In this document: in pieces, positions 1-10,174 of the stretch
Layout of the letters: each line of letters begins with the position of its first letter
Position numbering within the stretch: the stretch's first letter is position 1
Source: an uncultured Verrucomicrobiae bacterium
GTDB lineage: Bacteria; Verrucomicrobiota; Verrucomicrobiia; Chthoniobacterales; JAATET01
Direction: 5' to 3'
NCBI GenBank assembly: GCA_963719495.1
Contig: CAVRCI010000002.1
Location: 352,001 to 416,000 of the forward strand
Length of the DNA: 64,000 nt
Notes under the pieces: model-generated
What the model was told of the DNA's origin: nothing
Database searches by the model: none
What the model saw: only the letters and a program-made list of their open reading frames with translations
Made by a program: the position numbers and the translations under genes

Positions 1-250
1 GGTCGTGGATCGAACAGGGGCCGACGATGACGAGGAAGCGGTCGTCCTCGCGCTGGAGGATGCGGCGGGCGGCGGCGCGGCCCTCGCGGACGGTGGCGAC
101 GGAGGCTTCGGTGGTGGGAAGCTGCTCCTTGATTTGGGTCGGCGTGATGAGGCGGGTGACGCCGCGGACGCGGAGATTCTCGACGGCGGGCGCGGTGGCG
201 TCGTCGGGGGTCGCGGTGGCGCGGTCGGTGGCGGAGAGGTCGGTGGTCAT
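1..250 (-). CDS. 3-deoxy-7-phosphoheptulonate (DAHP) synthase class I, 5' part (runs off window start)
   Basis: Manual translation from ATG at 250: MTTDLSATD...ENLRVRGVTRLITP...RRILQREDDRFLVIVGPCSIHD; GPCSIHD is the AroG/F/H-type motif. Confidence 0.9.
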   Translation of the reverse strand, partial: MTTDLSATDRATATPDDATAPAVENLRVRGVTRLITPTQIKEQLPTTEASVATVREGRAAARRILQREDDRFLVIVGPCSIHD

Positions 251-401
251 GGTGTGCGGAAAAGCCGGGGAGTATCGGCTGGATTGCGCTGGGGCGCAAT
301 CGTCTTCCGGAAATGGGAAATGCGGGATGCGGAATGACAAATCGGAGTTTCCAAATGAGTTTTTGCGGGGGAGTTGGGGGGCGTGGTAGGTTCCGCGACT
401 T

Positions 402-3400
402 GTGGAAGCGCCTTTGAAGGAACCGTCCGGCCGGTGGCTGAAGAAACTCGAGGGGATGGTGCTTCTCATCTCGCGCTCGCGGCGGATCGCCCGGCACGCG
501 ACGCGGCGGATGATGCGGAAACCGCGGACGGTCTCCGAGGCTCCGAACCTGCTGCCGACTTTGATCAAGGTGCTGGCGGCTTTTGCCCGGGCGGACGGGG
601 AGGTGCTGGAGGAGGAGATCGATTCGAGCCTGGGGTTCCTGCGTTACGATTATCCGGACGCGGTTTACTCGGAGCTGCGGAAGCTCTTTCGCGACGCTTT
701 GCACGAGCAGCAGGATCTCAACGAGATCGCGACGCGGCTGGCGGGTCAGTTGAACGACGACCGGAAGGTGCTGCTCGGGGTGCAGCTCTACGACCTGATC
801 GCGAAGGCGGGGCTGCAGCAGGAGCAGGTGATCACCTACTACAGCTTCATGGCGCAACTCGGGATGGCGGCTCAGGCGATCGACATCGTCTACCAGCTGA
901 ACGCGAACGAGCAGGGCGACGCGCACATTTACCAACAGGGAAATTCGCCGCTGGAGGCGGTGAGCTTCGGCGCGGGCGGCGGGGCGGACGTGATCGTGAA
1001 GGATTTCGGGCCGGGCGAGCGGTTGCTGGCCTACCGGTATCACGAGTTGATGATTCTCAAGAACATGAGTTCGCGGAATCTGATCGTGCAAGGGCGGGCG
1101 CTGCGACCGGGAGACTTCTGCCGGTTGTATCCAGGGCAGCGAATTCTCATCGACGAGCACGTGCTGGCTCATCAGGAGCTGGTGTTTTACTTCAACGCGA
1201 AGAAGAACGTCGCGCTGCTGCAGATCTTCGTGGCGGTGGACGACGAGGACGAGGTGCGGCTGGAGAAGGGGCGGTCGCGGGACAGCATACTCGAGGTGAC
1301 GTTTGGGCTGCGGGTGAAGGTGACGGCGCTCAGGGACGTCGACGCGGTGCTGAACGAGCGCCGGTTGCGGGCTGGGGTGACGATCGAGGCGGCGCTCGAG
1401 GACAAGATCATCTTTCACAACGACAGCGAGCTGGAGCTGGACGATCTGCGGCGGCGGGCGGGAAATTACGGCGGGCGTTTCCAGCTCCGGGCTTCGAAGA
1501 GCGAGTATCTCGTGTCGAACAACCCGGGCTTGCTGGACGAGGGGGACATTTTGCTTTCGCCGGGGACCGGTGGCGACGTTCTGCTCAAGATTTTCTGCGA
1601 TTACGACGCGAAGGTCGGGCGGGTGGAGGTGCTGCAGTCGGACCGGCCGATCCTGGTGCGCGGGAACCCGGTGCGGAACTCCGCGACGCTGGCCGACGGC
1701 GACGCGATCCGGGTGGATGCGGGGCAGGTTCTGCGGTGCAATTTTTCCGAGCGGTTGATCGAGGAGGAGCGGAACATCATTCGCACGCTGGACGTGCGGG
1801 ACGTGGTGTGCCGCTTCCGGAACCGGGACGTGGCGATCGACGGGATTTCGTTCAGCGTGCAGCGGGGTGAGATGGTGTGCGTGATGGGGGCGAGCGGCTG
1901 CGGGAAGAGCACGCTGCTGCGGATGATCTCGGGGCAATTTCCGCCGAGTCAGGGCGACGTGCTGCTCAACGGGCGGTCGCTCTACACGAACCTCGACCTG
2001 CTACGGCGTTACGTCACTTACGTGCCGCAATACGACGCGTTCGACGAGCATCTGACCATCGAGGAGAATCTCAACTTCGCGGCGGCGATCCGGTCGCCGC
2101 ATCTGTCGAAACAGGAGCGGCTGCGGCGGCTCGATGGGAAATTGGCCGAGCTGGGGTTGAACGAGCGACGGTCAAACGTGGTCGGGAGTCCGCACAAGAA
2201 GACGCTGAGCGGCGGCGAGCGCAAGCGGCTGAACATCGGGTTGGACATGATCGGGTCGGCGGACATCTACCTCTTCGATGAGCCGACGTCGGGGTTGTCG
2301 TCGAAGGACAGCGAGCACGTGATCGAGATCATCCAGGGGATGTCGCACAACAAGATCAACTTCGTGACGATTCATCAGCCGACGTCGCGGATCTTCAACA
2401 TGTTCAACAAGGCCATCGTGTTGGACAAGGGCGGGAAACTCGTGTTCTTCGGGACGCCGCACGAGACGCTGCAATACTTCGCCGACGCCGAGCACGTGCA
2501 GCACTTCGGGACGGCGCTGGGGTCGACCGACGTGGGGGACACGGCGCGGCCGGAATTCATCTTCGACGCGCTCGAGATGCCGCTGCGGGATCTGAGCGGC
2601 GACATCATCTTCGAGGAGAACAATCGGGGGCAGCTGATCCCGGCGCGGCGGTATTCGCCCGACTACTGGCGGGATAAATACGAGTCCTATCGGATGATGA
2701 AGGACGTGCAGGCGATGCCGGTCTCCAGCACGGAGGCGGCGGTCGCGCTGCCGACACCAGCTCAGCAGAATCCGCAGCTGCTGCGGCGGAGGGAGCCGTT
2801 CCGGATCAGCGAAGAGTGGAACCAGTTTGTCGTGCTGTTGCAGCGGGCGTTCATCAGCAAACTCCGGAACAAGGCGAATCTCCTGACGACGATGGTGATG
2901 GCGCCGATTCTGGCGTTGCTGATCGGTGGCGTGCTGCGGTCGGCGGAGAGCGGGACTTACGATTTCGCGTCGGCGTATCACATTCCGGCCTACCACTTTC
3001 TGGCGTTGGTGGTGGCGATGTTTCTGGGCCTGACGAACAGCGTGGACGACATCATTCGCGACCGGCCGGTGCTGCTGCGGGAGCGCAATCTCAACGTGCG
3101 GATCGGGTATTACGTCACCGCGAAGGGGCTGACTCTGACCGCGTTTGCGGTGATCCAGTGCGCGATGTTTGCGTTCCTCGGAAATTGGTTGCTCGAGGTG
3201 CGCGGGATGTTCGTCGTGTCGTTTCTGGCGATGTTTTTGACGGCGGTGAGCGGGGTGGCGATCGGGCTGATCATTTCGGCGGTGGCGCCCGAGGCGAAGA
3301 TGGCGGTGAACATCATTCCGATGGTCTTGATCCCGCAGCTGATCCTGGGCGGAGCGTTCATCAAATACGAGGAAATGAACCGCAATCTGGACGTCGTCTA

Positions 3401-4031
3401 TGCCCTCCAGAAGTGGTTCGACAAGCACCCGGACAGCGCGCAACCGCCGCGGAGTGACCTGCAGGTGCCGTTGATTTCGGAGTTCATGCCGATGCGGTGG
3501 AGCTACGAAGCGCTGGTTTACGCGCAGGCGAAAATGAATCCCCTGACGGCTCGGCAGGACCAGATTCAACTCGAGATCGCGAAGATGGCGAAGATTGGAG
3601 AACAGAGCGACGCCGAGGCCGAGCGGCTCTACGACTTGAAGGAATTGCTGGCCATCGTTTCGGGATTGCGCGGGACTTCGCCGTCGGACGTCGAGCTGCG
3701 GCTGAAGGAAATCGACGCCGTGATCGCGGGCGGGGCGTTCGATTCGAAGAAGTTGCTGGGGACGTCGAACGAGGTGACGGCCGAGCAGCTGTTCGTGAAT
3801 CAGAAGATCACGGACCTTGTGTCGAAGGCCGAGATGGAGCAGCTGGACTACCGGCTGGACGCGGGTCACACGGGTCACCTCAACGTGTTCTTCGGTCCGG
3901 TTAAGGAATACTTCGGGATTCGCGCGAGCGTGCTGGTTTTCAACGCGGGGGTGCTGCTCTTGTTCTCGTTGTTCGGGTTTGCGGTGCTCTACTACGTGCT
4001 GCGGTATCAGCTGAGATTGCGGGCTCCTTGA
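402..4031 (+). CDS. Fused ABC exporter: N-terminal TerB-like domain, FHA-like beta regions, ABCG-type ATPase, ABC-2 permease
   Basis: Walker A GASGCGKST, signature LSGGERKR, Walker B YLFDEPTSGL, H-loop VTIHQP; multi-TM C-terminus; N-terminal AAFARADGEVLEEE resembles TerB. Confidence 0.85.
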   Translation: MEAPLKEPSGRWLKKLEGMVLLISRSRRIARHATRRMMRKPRTVSEAPNLLPTLIKVLAAFARADGEVLEEEIDSSLGFLRYDYPDAVYSELRKLFRDALHEQQDLNEIATRLAGQLNDDRKVLLGVQLYDLIAKAGLQQEQVITYYSFMAQLGMAAQAIDIVYQLNANEQGDAHIYQQGNSPLEAVSFGAGGGADVIVKDFGPGERLLAYRYHELMILKNMSSRNLIVQGRALRPGDFCRLYPGQRILIDEHVLAHQELVFYFNAKKNVALLQIFVAVDDEDEVRLEKGRSRDSILEVTFGLRVKVTALRDVDAVLNERRLRAGVTIEAALEDKIIFHNDSELELDDLRRRAGNYGGRFQLRASKSEYLVSNNPGLLDEGDILLSPGTGGDVLLKIFCDYDAKVGRVEVLQSDRPILVRGNPVRNSATLADGDAIRVDAGQVLRCNFSERLIEEERNIIRTLDVRDVVCRFRNRDVAIDGISFSVQRGEMVCVMGASGCGKSTLLRMISGQFPPSQGDVLLNGRSLYTNLDLLRRYVTYVPQYDAFDEHLTIEENLNFAAAIRSPHLSKQERLRRLDGKLAELGLNERRSNVVGSPHKKTLSGGERKRLNIGLDMIGSADIYLFDEPTSGLSSKDSEHVIEIIQGMSHNKINFVTIHQPTSRIFNMFNKAIVLDKGGKLVFFGTPHETLQYFADAEHVQHFGTALGSTDVGDTARPEFIFDALEMPLRDLSGDIIFEENNRGQLIPARRYSPDYWRDKYESYRMMKDVQAMPVSSTEAAVALPTPAQQNPQLLRRREPFRISEEWNQFVVLLQRAFISKLRNKANLLTTMVMAPILALLIGGVLRSAESGTYDFASAYHIPAYHFLALVVAMFLGLTNSVDDIIRDRPVLLRERNLNVRIGYYVTAKGLTLTAFAVIQCAMFAFLGNWLLEVRGMFVVSFLAMFLTAVSGVAIGLIISAVAPEAKMAVNIIPMVLIPQLILGGAFIKYEEMNRNLDVVYALQKWFDKHPDSAQPPRSDLQVPLISEFMPMRWSYEALVYAQAKMNPLTARQDQIQLEIAKMAKIGEQSDAEAERLYDLKELLAIVSGLRGTSPSDVELRLKEIDAVIAGGAFDSKKLLGTSNEVTAEQLFVNQKITDLVSKAEMEQLDYRLDAGHTGHLNVFFGPVKEYFGIRASVLVFNAGVLLLFSLFGFAVLYYVLRYQLRLRAP

Positions 4032-4062
4032 GGTTTGCGGCGTTTTTCGCGATGGTTCGGCG

Positions 4063-4260
4063 ATGGACGAATTGGTGAAATTGATCGAGCGGCGGGTGGG
4101 GATTTCGGAGGAGCAGGCTCGGCAGGCGGCGGAGACGGCGGTGGAGTTCGTGAAGGGGCGATTGCCGGCGAGTTTGGCGGGGCACGTGGATGATTTTATT
4201 GCCGGGAAGGGGATCCCGAGCGCGGTGGGGCTGATGAGTGGCTTTTTTGGTAGGAAATGA
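4063..4260 (+). CDS. Small helical protein, DUF2267-like
   Basis: MDELVKLIERRVGISEEQARQAAETAVEFVKGRLPASLAG pattern; stop overlaps next start (ATGA). Confidence 0.65.
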   Translation: MDELVKLIERRVGISEEQARQAAETAVEFVKGRLPASLAGHVDDFIAGKGIPSAVGLMSGFFGRK

Positions 4261-5792
4261 GCGCTTTATCGAACTTCGGCGGCTGGAAGCCGCCGCTCCT
4301 TGAAGTAGGGCTGCTCGTTGCTTTTGCGGCTTCGGGGATGGCGGCTCCGGATCGGTATGTTTTGAGCCGGGTGGTGGCTGATCTGGGGGCTGACACGACG
4401 AAACGGATCTCGGATCTGGTGCTCTTCAACGAGGCGGGGGATGTGGTTTTTCAGGTGGATCGGAACGAGGCTTCCCGGGTCGTCGACGGATTTTTCTTCG
4501 GCGCGGCGGATGGGACGGTGTCCCGGATCGTGCCACCGAGTGGTTATGACGCGGTCGCGACGGTGCCCGGCTTGAACGAGTTCGGAGAGGTCGCCGGTCA
4601 GGCTCAGACGACGACTGGAACGCCGCGGCAGACGGCGTTCGTTTGGTCCCGGGCCGGTGGCGCGGAGCGGGCGGAGGGGCTCGACGCGGGCGCGAGCGAT
4701 TTCAAGTCGATCAACGGAGGCGGGCTGGCGTTGGGGAACACGGATTCGGGGACGTTCGAGTTGGTGACGTGGATTCAGCCGACGTTCGGCGCTCCGGTGG
4801 TGACGACGATCGTGCCACCGGATGGGGCGACGCGGGTCGAGACGATCTCGGTGAACGAGCGGGGTGAGTCCCTGCTCATCGTCGACGTGGGGGCGGAGCG
4901 GCGGATGGCCATCTGGGATGGTTCGACGAGCACGTTCATCGGGCCGGTGCTCCCCGGTGGATTCAATCTTTTCAACGCGAATGCGAAGCTCAACGACGCG
5001 GGCGACGTGGCGGCGGTGATCTTCGATCCCGATGCGAGCATTTACCGGGTTTGGCTCGTGCGGGCCGAGGAGCGGGAGTCTTCCGAGACGTTCGACTTCC
5101 CCCGGGCGGCCTCGAACGTGTTTCAGGTGCAGTTCAATCGGTTTCGGCAGGTTTGTTTCGGGACGGCGGAGGGTCGGGTGACTCGGGTCGAATTTTTGGA
5201 CACGACGACCGGCCAGAGCCGATCGTTCGACGGCTACCGCGGGTTGCTGAATTCGCAGGGCCAGTTGGTTTACGGCAACGCCCGGCGGTTGCTGCAGTGG
5301 GATTCGTTCCAGCCGGAGATCGAGCCGGTAGTGGTGCCAATCATCGACGGAACTCCGAAACTCGCCCCGGACGTCGTGGCGTTCAACGGGCGGGGTGAGC
5401 TTGTCCTCCGATTGGCGCGGACGGTGGAGCCGAACGGGGACTCGCTCGAGGTCTACGTGGCCGAGAACAACCCGCCGCCTCCTCCGACTCCGGTCGTGGT
5501 CGAGGTCGTGCCGACTCGGGGTGCCTTTCGGATCGGTCGAGGTGATCGGTTTGCCCGCCGGGTGGTCGACTCCAAGGTGAGATCCGGCTCGGGGGAAATC
5601 GAGGGCCGCATCCGGTATGAGTTGAACGGTCGCCTCCCGCGCGGTCTGCGGTTTCGGTCGAATCCCGGGAAGATCGTCGGGCGTCCGACGGTAAAAGGGA
5701 AATTCGTCGTTCGCGTGTTCGCGAAGTATCGAGTGGACGGCCAGTTGCGACTCTCGCCGCCGGCGAAGGTAAAGATTCGGGTGCGGCGGTAA
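4257..5792 (+). CDS. Secreted beta-rich repeat protein with Pro linker and basic C-terminal Ig-like (He_PIG-like) domain
   Basis: Hydrophobic leader, recurring (L/I/V/F)N(E/D)xG(E/D/Q)V units, PPPPPTP linker, terminal GRLPRGLRF...GKIVGRPT motif. Confidence 0.7.
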   Translation: MSALSNFGGWKPPLLEVGLLVAFAASGMAAPDRYVLSRVVADLGADTTKRISDLVLFNEAGDVVFQVDRNEASRVVDGFFFGAADGTVSRIVPPSGYDAVATVPGLNEFGEVAGQAQTTTGTPRQTAFVWSRAGGAERAEGLDAGASDFKSINGGGLALGNTDSGTFELVTWIQPTFGAPVVTTIVPPDGATRVETISVNERGESLLIVDVGAERRMAIWDGSTSTFIGPVLPGGFNLFNANAKLNDAGDVAAVIFDPDASIYRVWLVRAEERESSETFDFPRAASNVFQVQFNRFRQVCFGTAEGRVTRVEFLDTTTGQSRSFDGYRGLLNSQGQLVYGNARRLLQWDSFQPEIEPVVVPIIDGTPKLAPDVVAFNGRGELVLRLARTVEPNGDSLEVYVAENNPPPPPTPVVVEVVPTRGAFRIGRGDRFARRVVDSKVRSGSGEIEGRIRYELNGRLPRGLRFRSNPGKIVGRPTVKGKFVVRVFAKYRVDGQLRLSPPAKVKIRVRR

Positions 5793-5836
5793 CCGGGGTT
5801 GTCCCGCTGGGGGCGGCGGGTTAGTTTTTCGGGTTC

Positions 5837-6652
5837 ATGAAGATTGGATTGGAAGACAACTACGAAGACGTGCTGGGCAAGGCTCGGCGGGGATTGGGGA
5901 TCGACGCGGACGCGCTGGCCGAGCGAGCGGGCGTGAGCCGCGAGAAGCTGGATGCCGTGATGGGCGGCGAATTCGACGCCGACGTCGTGCGCGCATTGAG
6001 CGGTCCGCTGGGGGTCGCGGGTGAGCGCGTCGTGGCGCTTGGAGAGAAGACCTACGTGCCGGAGCCGGTCACGCTGGAAGGGCTGCTGCAGTTCAACACC
6101 GCGTTCGACGACATGCTGGTGAACGCGTTCCTCGTCTGGGATCCGACCCGGAGGAAGGCGGCGGTCTTCGATACCGGATCCAACGTGACCGAGTTGTTGG
6201 CGGCGGCGAAGGAGCGGGACCTCGAGATCGAGCAGATCTTCATCACGCACTCGCACGGGGATCACATTTTCGATCTGGACCGCCTCAAGGAAAAGACCGG
6301 GGTCAAAGCCTGGACGCCTTCCGGCGAACCGGTCGACGGAGCCGAATGCTTCGAAGCGGGCAAAGAGTTCGAGGTCGGCAACCTGAAGATTTCGTCGCGG
6401 CTGACCTGGGGGCACGCCAAGGGCGGCGTGACCTACGTGGTGAAGGGGTTGGAGAGCGACGTCGCGATCTGCGGCGACGCGATCTTCGCCGGATCGATGG
6501 GCGGGGGAATGGTGTCGTTCGAGGCGGCGTTGGAAACTAATCGGAAGGAGATCTTCTCGCTGGCGGACAGCACGGTGTTGTGCCCGGGACACGGTCCGCT
6601 CACGACGGTGGGGGAACAACGGCAGTGCAATCCGTTTTTCGCGAACGTATAA
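5837..6652 (+). CDS. MBL-fold metallo-hydrolase with N-terminal HTH-like domain
   Basis: THSHGDH (HxHxDH), GHAKGG, GDAIF, PGHG; N-terminal GKARRGLGIDADALAERAGVS is XRE-HTH-like. Confidence 0.85.
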   Translation: MKIGLEDNYEDVLGKARRGLGIDADALAERAGVSREKLDAVMGGEFDADVVRALSGPLGVAGERVVALGEKTYVPEPVTLEGLLQFNTAFDDMLVNAFLVWDPTRRKAAVFDTGSNVTELLAAAKERDLEIEQIFITHSHGDHIFDLDRLKEKTGVKAWTPSGEPVDGAECFEAGKEFEVGNLKISSRLTWGHAKGGVTYVVKGLESDVAICGDAIFAGSMGGGMVSFEAALETNRKEIFSLADSTVLCPGHGPLTTVGEQRQCNPFFANV

Positions 6653-6662
6653 AGGTTCATTT

Positions 6663-7559
6663 ATGAAAGAACGCATTGGATTTGTGGGTGTCGGGCGCAT
6701 GGGCGCGAACATGGCTCGTCGATTGAAGGACACGGGCTGGCCGGTGGTCGCCGTGAACGACGTCAATTTCGAGGCCGCGAACGAGCTGGCTCGCGAGCTG
6801 GATTGCGTGGCGGTGCAGACGCTGCCCGAGGTGACGGCGGCAAGTGACATCGTGATCACCGTCGTGACGGACGACGCGGCGATGCGGACCTGCTTCGCGA
6901 CCACGGATCACTCGTTGCTGGTCGGTGCCGAGGGGAAAATTTTCATCAATTGCGCGACGGTTTCGCCGGGAGTTCATCAGGAAGTCGAGGCGGCTGCCAA
7001 GCGGGGCGGTGCGAAAACGCTGGAGGCTTGCATGGCGTCGAGCATCTCGCAGGCTCGCGATGGCACGCTCTATCTGATGATCGGCGGAGACGAAGCCGAG
7101 TTTGAAAAGGTGAAGCCGCTGCTGGCGGACCTGAGCGAGTCGCCTCGCTACGTGGGTCCGACCGGGACGGCGGCGCGGGTGAAGGCGCTCGTGAACATGG
7201 TGATGAACATCAACACCGCGGGGTTGGCCGAAGGGCTGGCTCTGGCGGACGCGCTCGAGCTCGATCTCACGATGGTACGCGAGATCTTCAGTCAGACGGG
7301 CGCGGCGTCGCGGGTGCTGCAGACGGATGGTGAGGACATGCAGAAGCGGGATCACGAGTGTTATTTCTCCGGAGCGCACGCGGCGAAGGACTCCGGGATT
7401 GCGCTCGAGCTGGGTCGTGAAGCGGGAGTGTCGATGCCGGTCGCGGCGGCGTCGAAGGAGCAGTTCGACGCGATGATCGCGGCGGGACTCGGCGGTCTGG
7501 ACAAGTCCGGCGTGGCTGAGATCACGTTCAAGGACCGGCGTCCGGCAAGCTTGGAGTAG
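6663..7559 (+). CDS. NAD(P)-dependent beta-hydroxyacid dehydrogenase family protein
   Basis: IGFVGVGRMGANMA Rossmann motif, LYLMIGGD, catalytic K in VKALVNM. Confidence 0.88.
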   Translation: MKERIGFVGVGRMGANMARRLKDTGWPVVAVNDVNFEAANELARELDCVAVQTLPEVTAASDIVITVVTDDAAMRTCFATTDHSLLVGAEGKIFINCATVSPGVHQEVEAAAKRGGAKTLEACMASSISQARDGTLYLMIGGDEAEFEKVKPLLADLSESPRYVGPTGTAARVKALVNMVMNINTAGLAEGLALADALELDLTMVREIFSQTGAASRVLQTDGEDMQKRDHECYFSGAHAAKDSGIALELGREAGVSMPVAAASKEQFDAMIAAGLGGLDKSGVAEITFKDRRPASLE

Positions 7560-7594
7560 GGCACCCCGCTGAGATCGTTGCCGTCGTGTGAGAG

Positions 7595-7633
7595 CGACGG
7601 AACGCGTGGCGAGCCTTCCCTACCTCGGTTGGG
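7595..7633 (-). repeat. GTAG-type REP-like element (related copies ~50380-50417, ~53931-53969)
   Basis: Minus strand reads GGTAG-GGAAG...hairpin...TTCC; three similar copies, each between or at the ends of convergent genes. Confidence 0.65.
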
Positions 7634-7655
7634 TTCGCGCTGCGCGCTTGATTCT

Positions 7656-8915
<1,260 letters not shown>

Positions 8916-9017
8916 GGTGTGAAGTAACGAAGGGAGGACGGTAATTGTTCACGGGAACGATTGTCGCGGCTTTTCCGGTCGTGAAGCCGATTGAGGCGAA
9001 CACGAACAACGGCTCAA

Positions 9018-9067
9018 TCGCACTTACAAAACTTTGGTGCGGCCGCACCAAAGTTTTGTAAGTGCGA
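9018..9067. repeat. Perfect 50-bp spacerless palindrome
   Basis: TCGCACTTACAAAACTTTGGTGCGG|CCGCACCAAAGTTTTGTAAGTGCGA; arms are exact reverse complements. Confidence 0.95.
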
Positions 9068-9069
9068 GG

Positions 9070-9912
9070 CTATTTCGAGGTTGTCGCCTGGATGAATCGG
9101 TCGATCCCGGTGAGGTCGAGGTGCGCTTTCGATTCGATGAAGCTGGCTGTGCGGCAGAGCTCGAGGACTCGCGCGGATTGGTCGTGGCCGATCTCGAGCC
9201 AGAGGTGGCCGCCGGGGACGAGGCGGGCGGGGGCTTGCTCGACGAGTCGGCGGATGGGGTCGAGGCCGTCGGGTCCGCCGTCGAGGGCGGCGGTGGGGTC
9301 GTGGTGGACTTCGCGGGAGAGGGTGGCGAGGTCGGCGGCGGGGATGTAGGGGAGATTGGCGACGATGGCGTCGTAGCGCTGGTCGCCGGGGGGAAGGAGG
9401 TCGGCTTCGTAAAAGGAGACGTTGGTCGCGGCGAGGCGGGTGGCGTTTTCGTCGGCGAGGGCGAGGGCTTCGGGCGAGAGGTCGGTGGCGTGGACGGTGG
9501 CCGCGGGGCGGGCGAGCGCGAGGGTGATGGCGATGACTCCGCTGCCGGTGCCGACGTCGAGGAGGGTGATTGGTGATTGGTGATTGGTGATTGCTGTGAG
9601 GGCGAGTTCGACGAGGTGCTCGGTTTCGGGGCGGGGGATGAGGGCGCGGGGATCGGTGAGGAATTCGTGGCCGTGGAATTCGGTCGTGCCGAGGAGGTGC
9701 TGGAGCGGGTGGCCTTCGCCGCGGCGGCGGACGAGGTCGCGGAGGGGGGCGCGGTCGGCGTCGGAGAGGGGGCGGTCGAACTCGAGGTAGAGGTCGAGGC
9801 GGCGTTTGCCGAGGGTGTGGGCGAGGAGGTGTTCGGCGTTCAGACGGGGGGACTCGACGTCGTGCTTGGCGAGGTAACTCGCGGCGGCTTTGAGGACTTC
9901 GAGGGTGGTCAT
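9070..9912 (-). CDS. prmC: Release factor glutamine methyltransferase
   Basis: ALIPRPETE, LLDVGTGSG, VANLPYI (NPPY-like), ALDGGPDGL; follows prfA. Confidence 0.96.
   Translation of the reverse strand: MTTLEVLKAAASYLAKHDVESPRLNAEHLLAHTLGKRRLDLYLEFDRPLSDADRAPLRDLVRRRGEGHPLQHLLGTTEFHGHEFLTDPRALIPRPETEHLVELALTAITNHQSPITLLDVGTGSGVIAITLALARPAATVHATDLSPEALALADENATRLAATNVSFYEADLLPPGDQRYDAIVANLPYIPAADLATLSREVHHDPTAALDGGPDGLDPIRRLVEQAPARLVPGGHLWLEIGHDQSARVLELCRTASFIESKAHLDLTGIDRFIQATTSK
9565..9592 (+). repeat. Heptamer tandem repeat (GGTGATT)x4 inside prmC
   Basis: Read directly; encodes ITNHQSPIT just before the SAM-binding motif. Confidence 0.9.
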
Positions 9913-9994
9913 GGGGTGGGTGAGGGGTTGGACAGGATTGACGGGTTTTTCAGGATTGATGCGGGGAAGACTAAATGCTGCAAAATTCCTTTCC

Positions 9995-10088
9995 TGTCAT
10001 TCTGAGCGGAGCGAAGAATCTCTGGCTTACACTGCATCCGTGCGGTGAGGTGAGAAGCCAGAGATGTTTCGCTTCGCTCAACATGACA
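9995..10088. repeat. Long imperfect inverted-repeat element (TGTCATTCTGAGCGGAGCGAAGAATCTCTGGCTT...AAGCCAGAGATGTTTCGCTTCGCTCAACATGACA)
   Basis: ~34-bp arms; lies inside a GGACAGGATT-type repeat region (9928-10172) between prfA and prmC. Confidence 0.8.
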
Positions 10089-10174
10089 AGATTTTGGAAT
10101 GGAACGCTGGCGCTTATCCGGGATGAGGTGCCTTCCTGAAAATCTGTGAATCCTGTGAATCGAGTTAATCCCGT

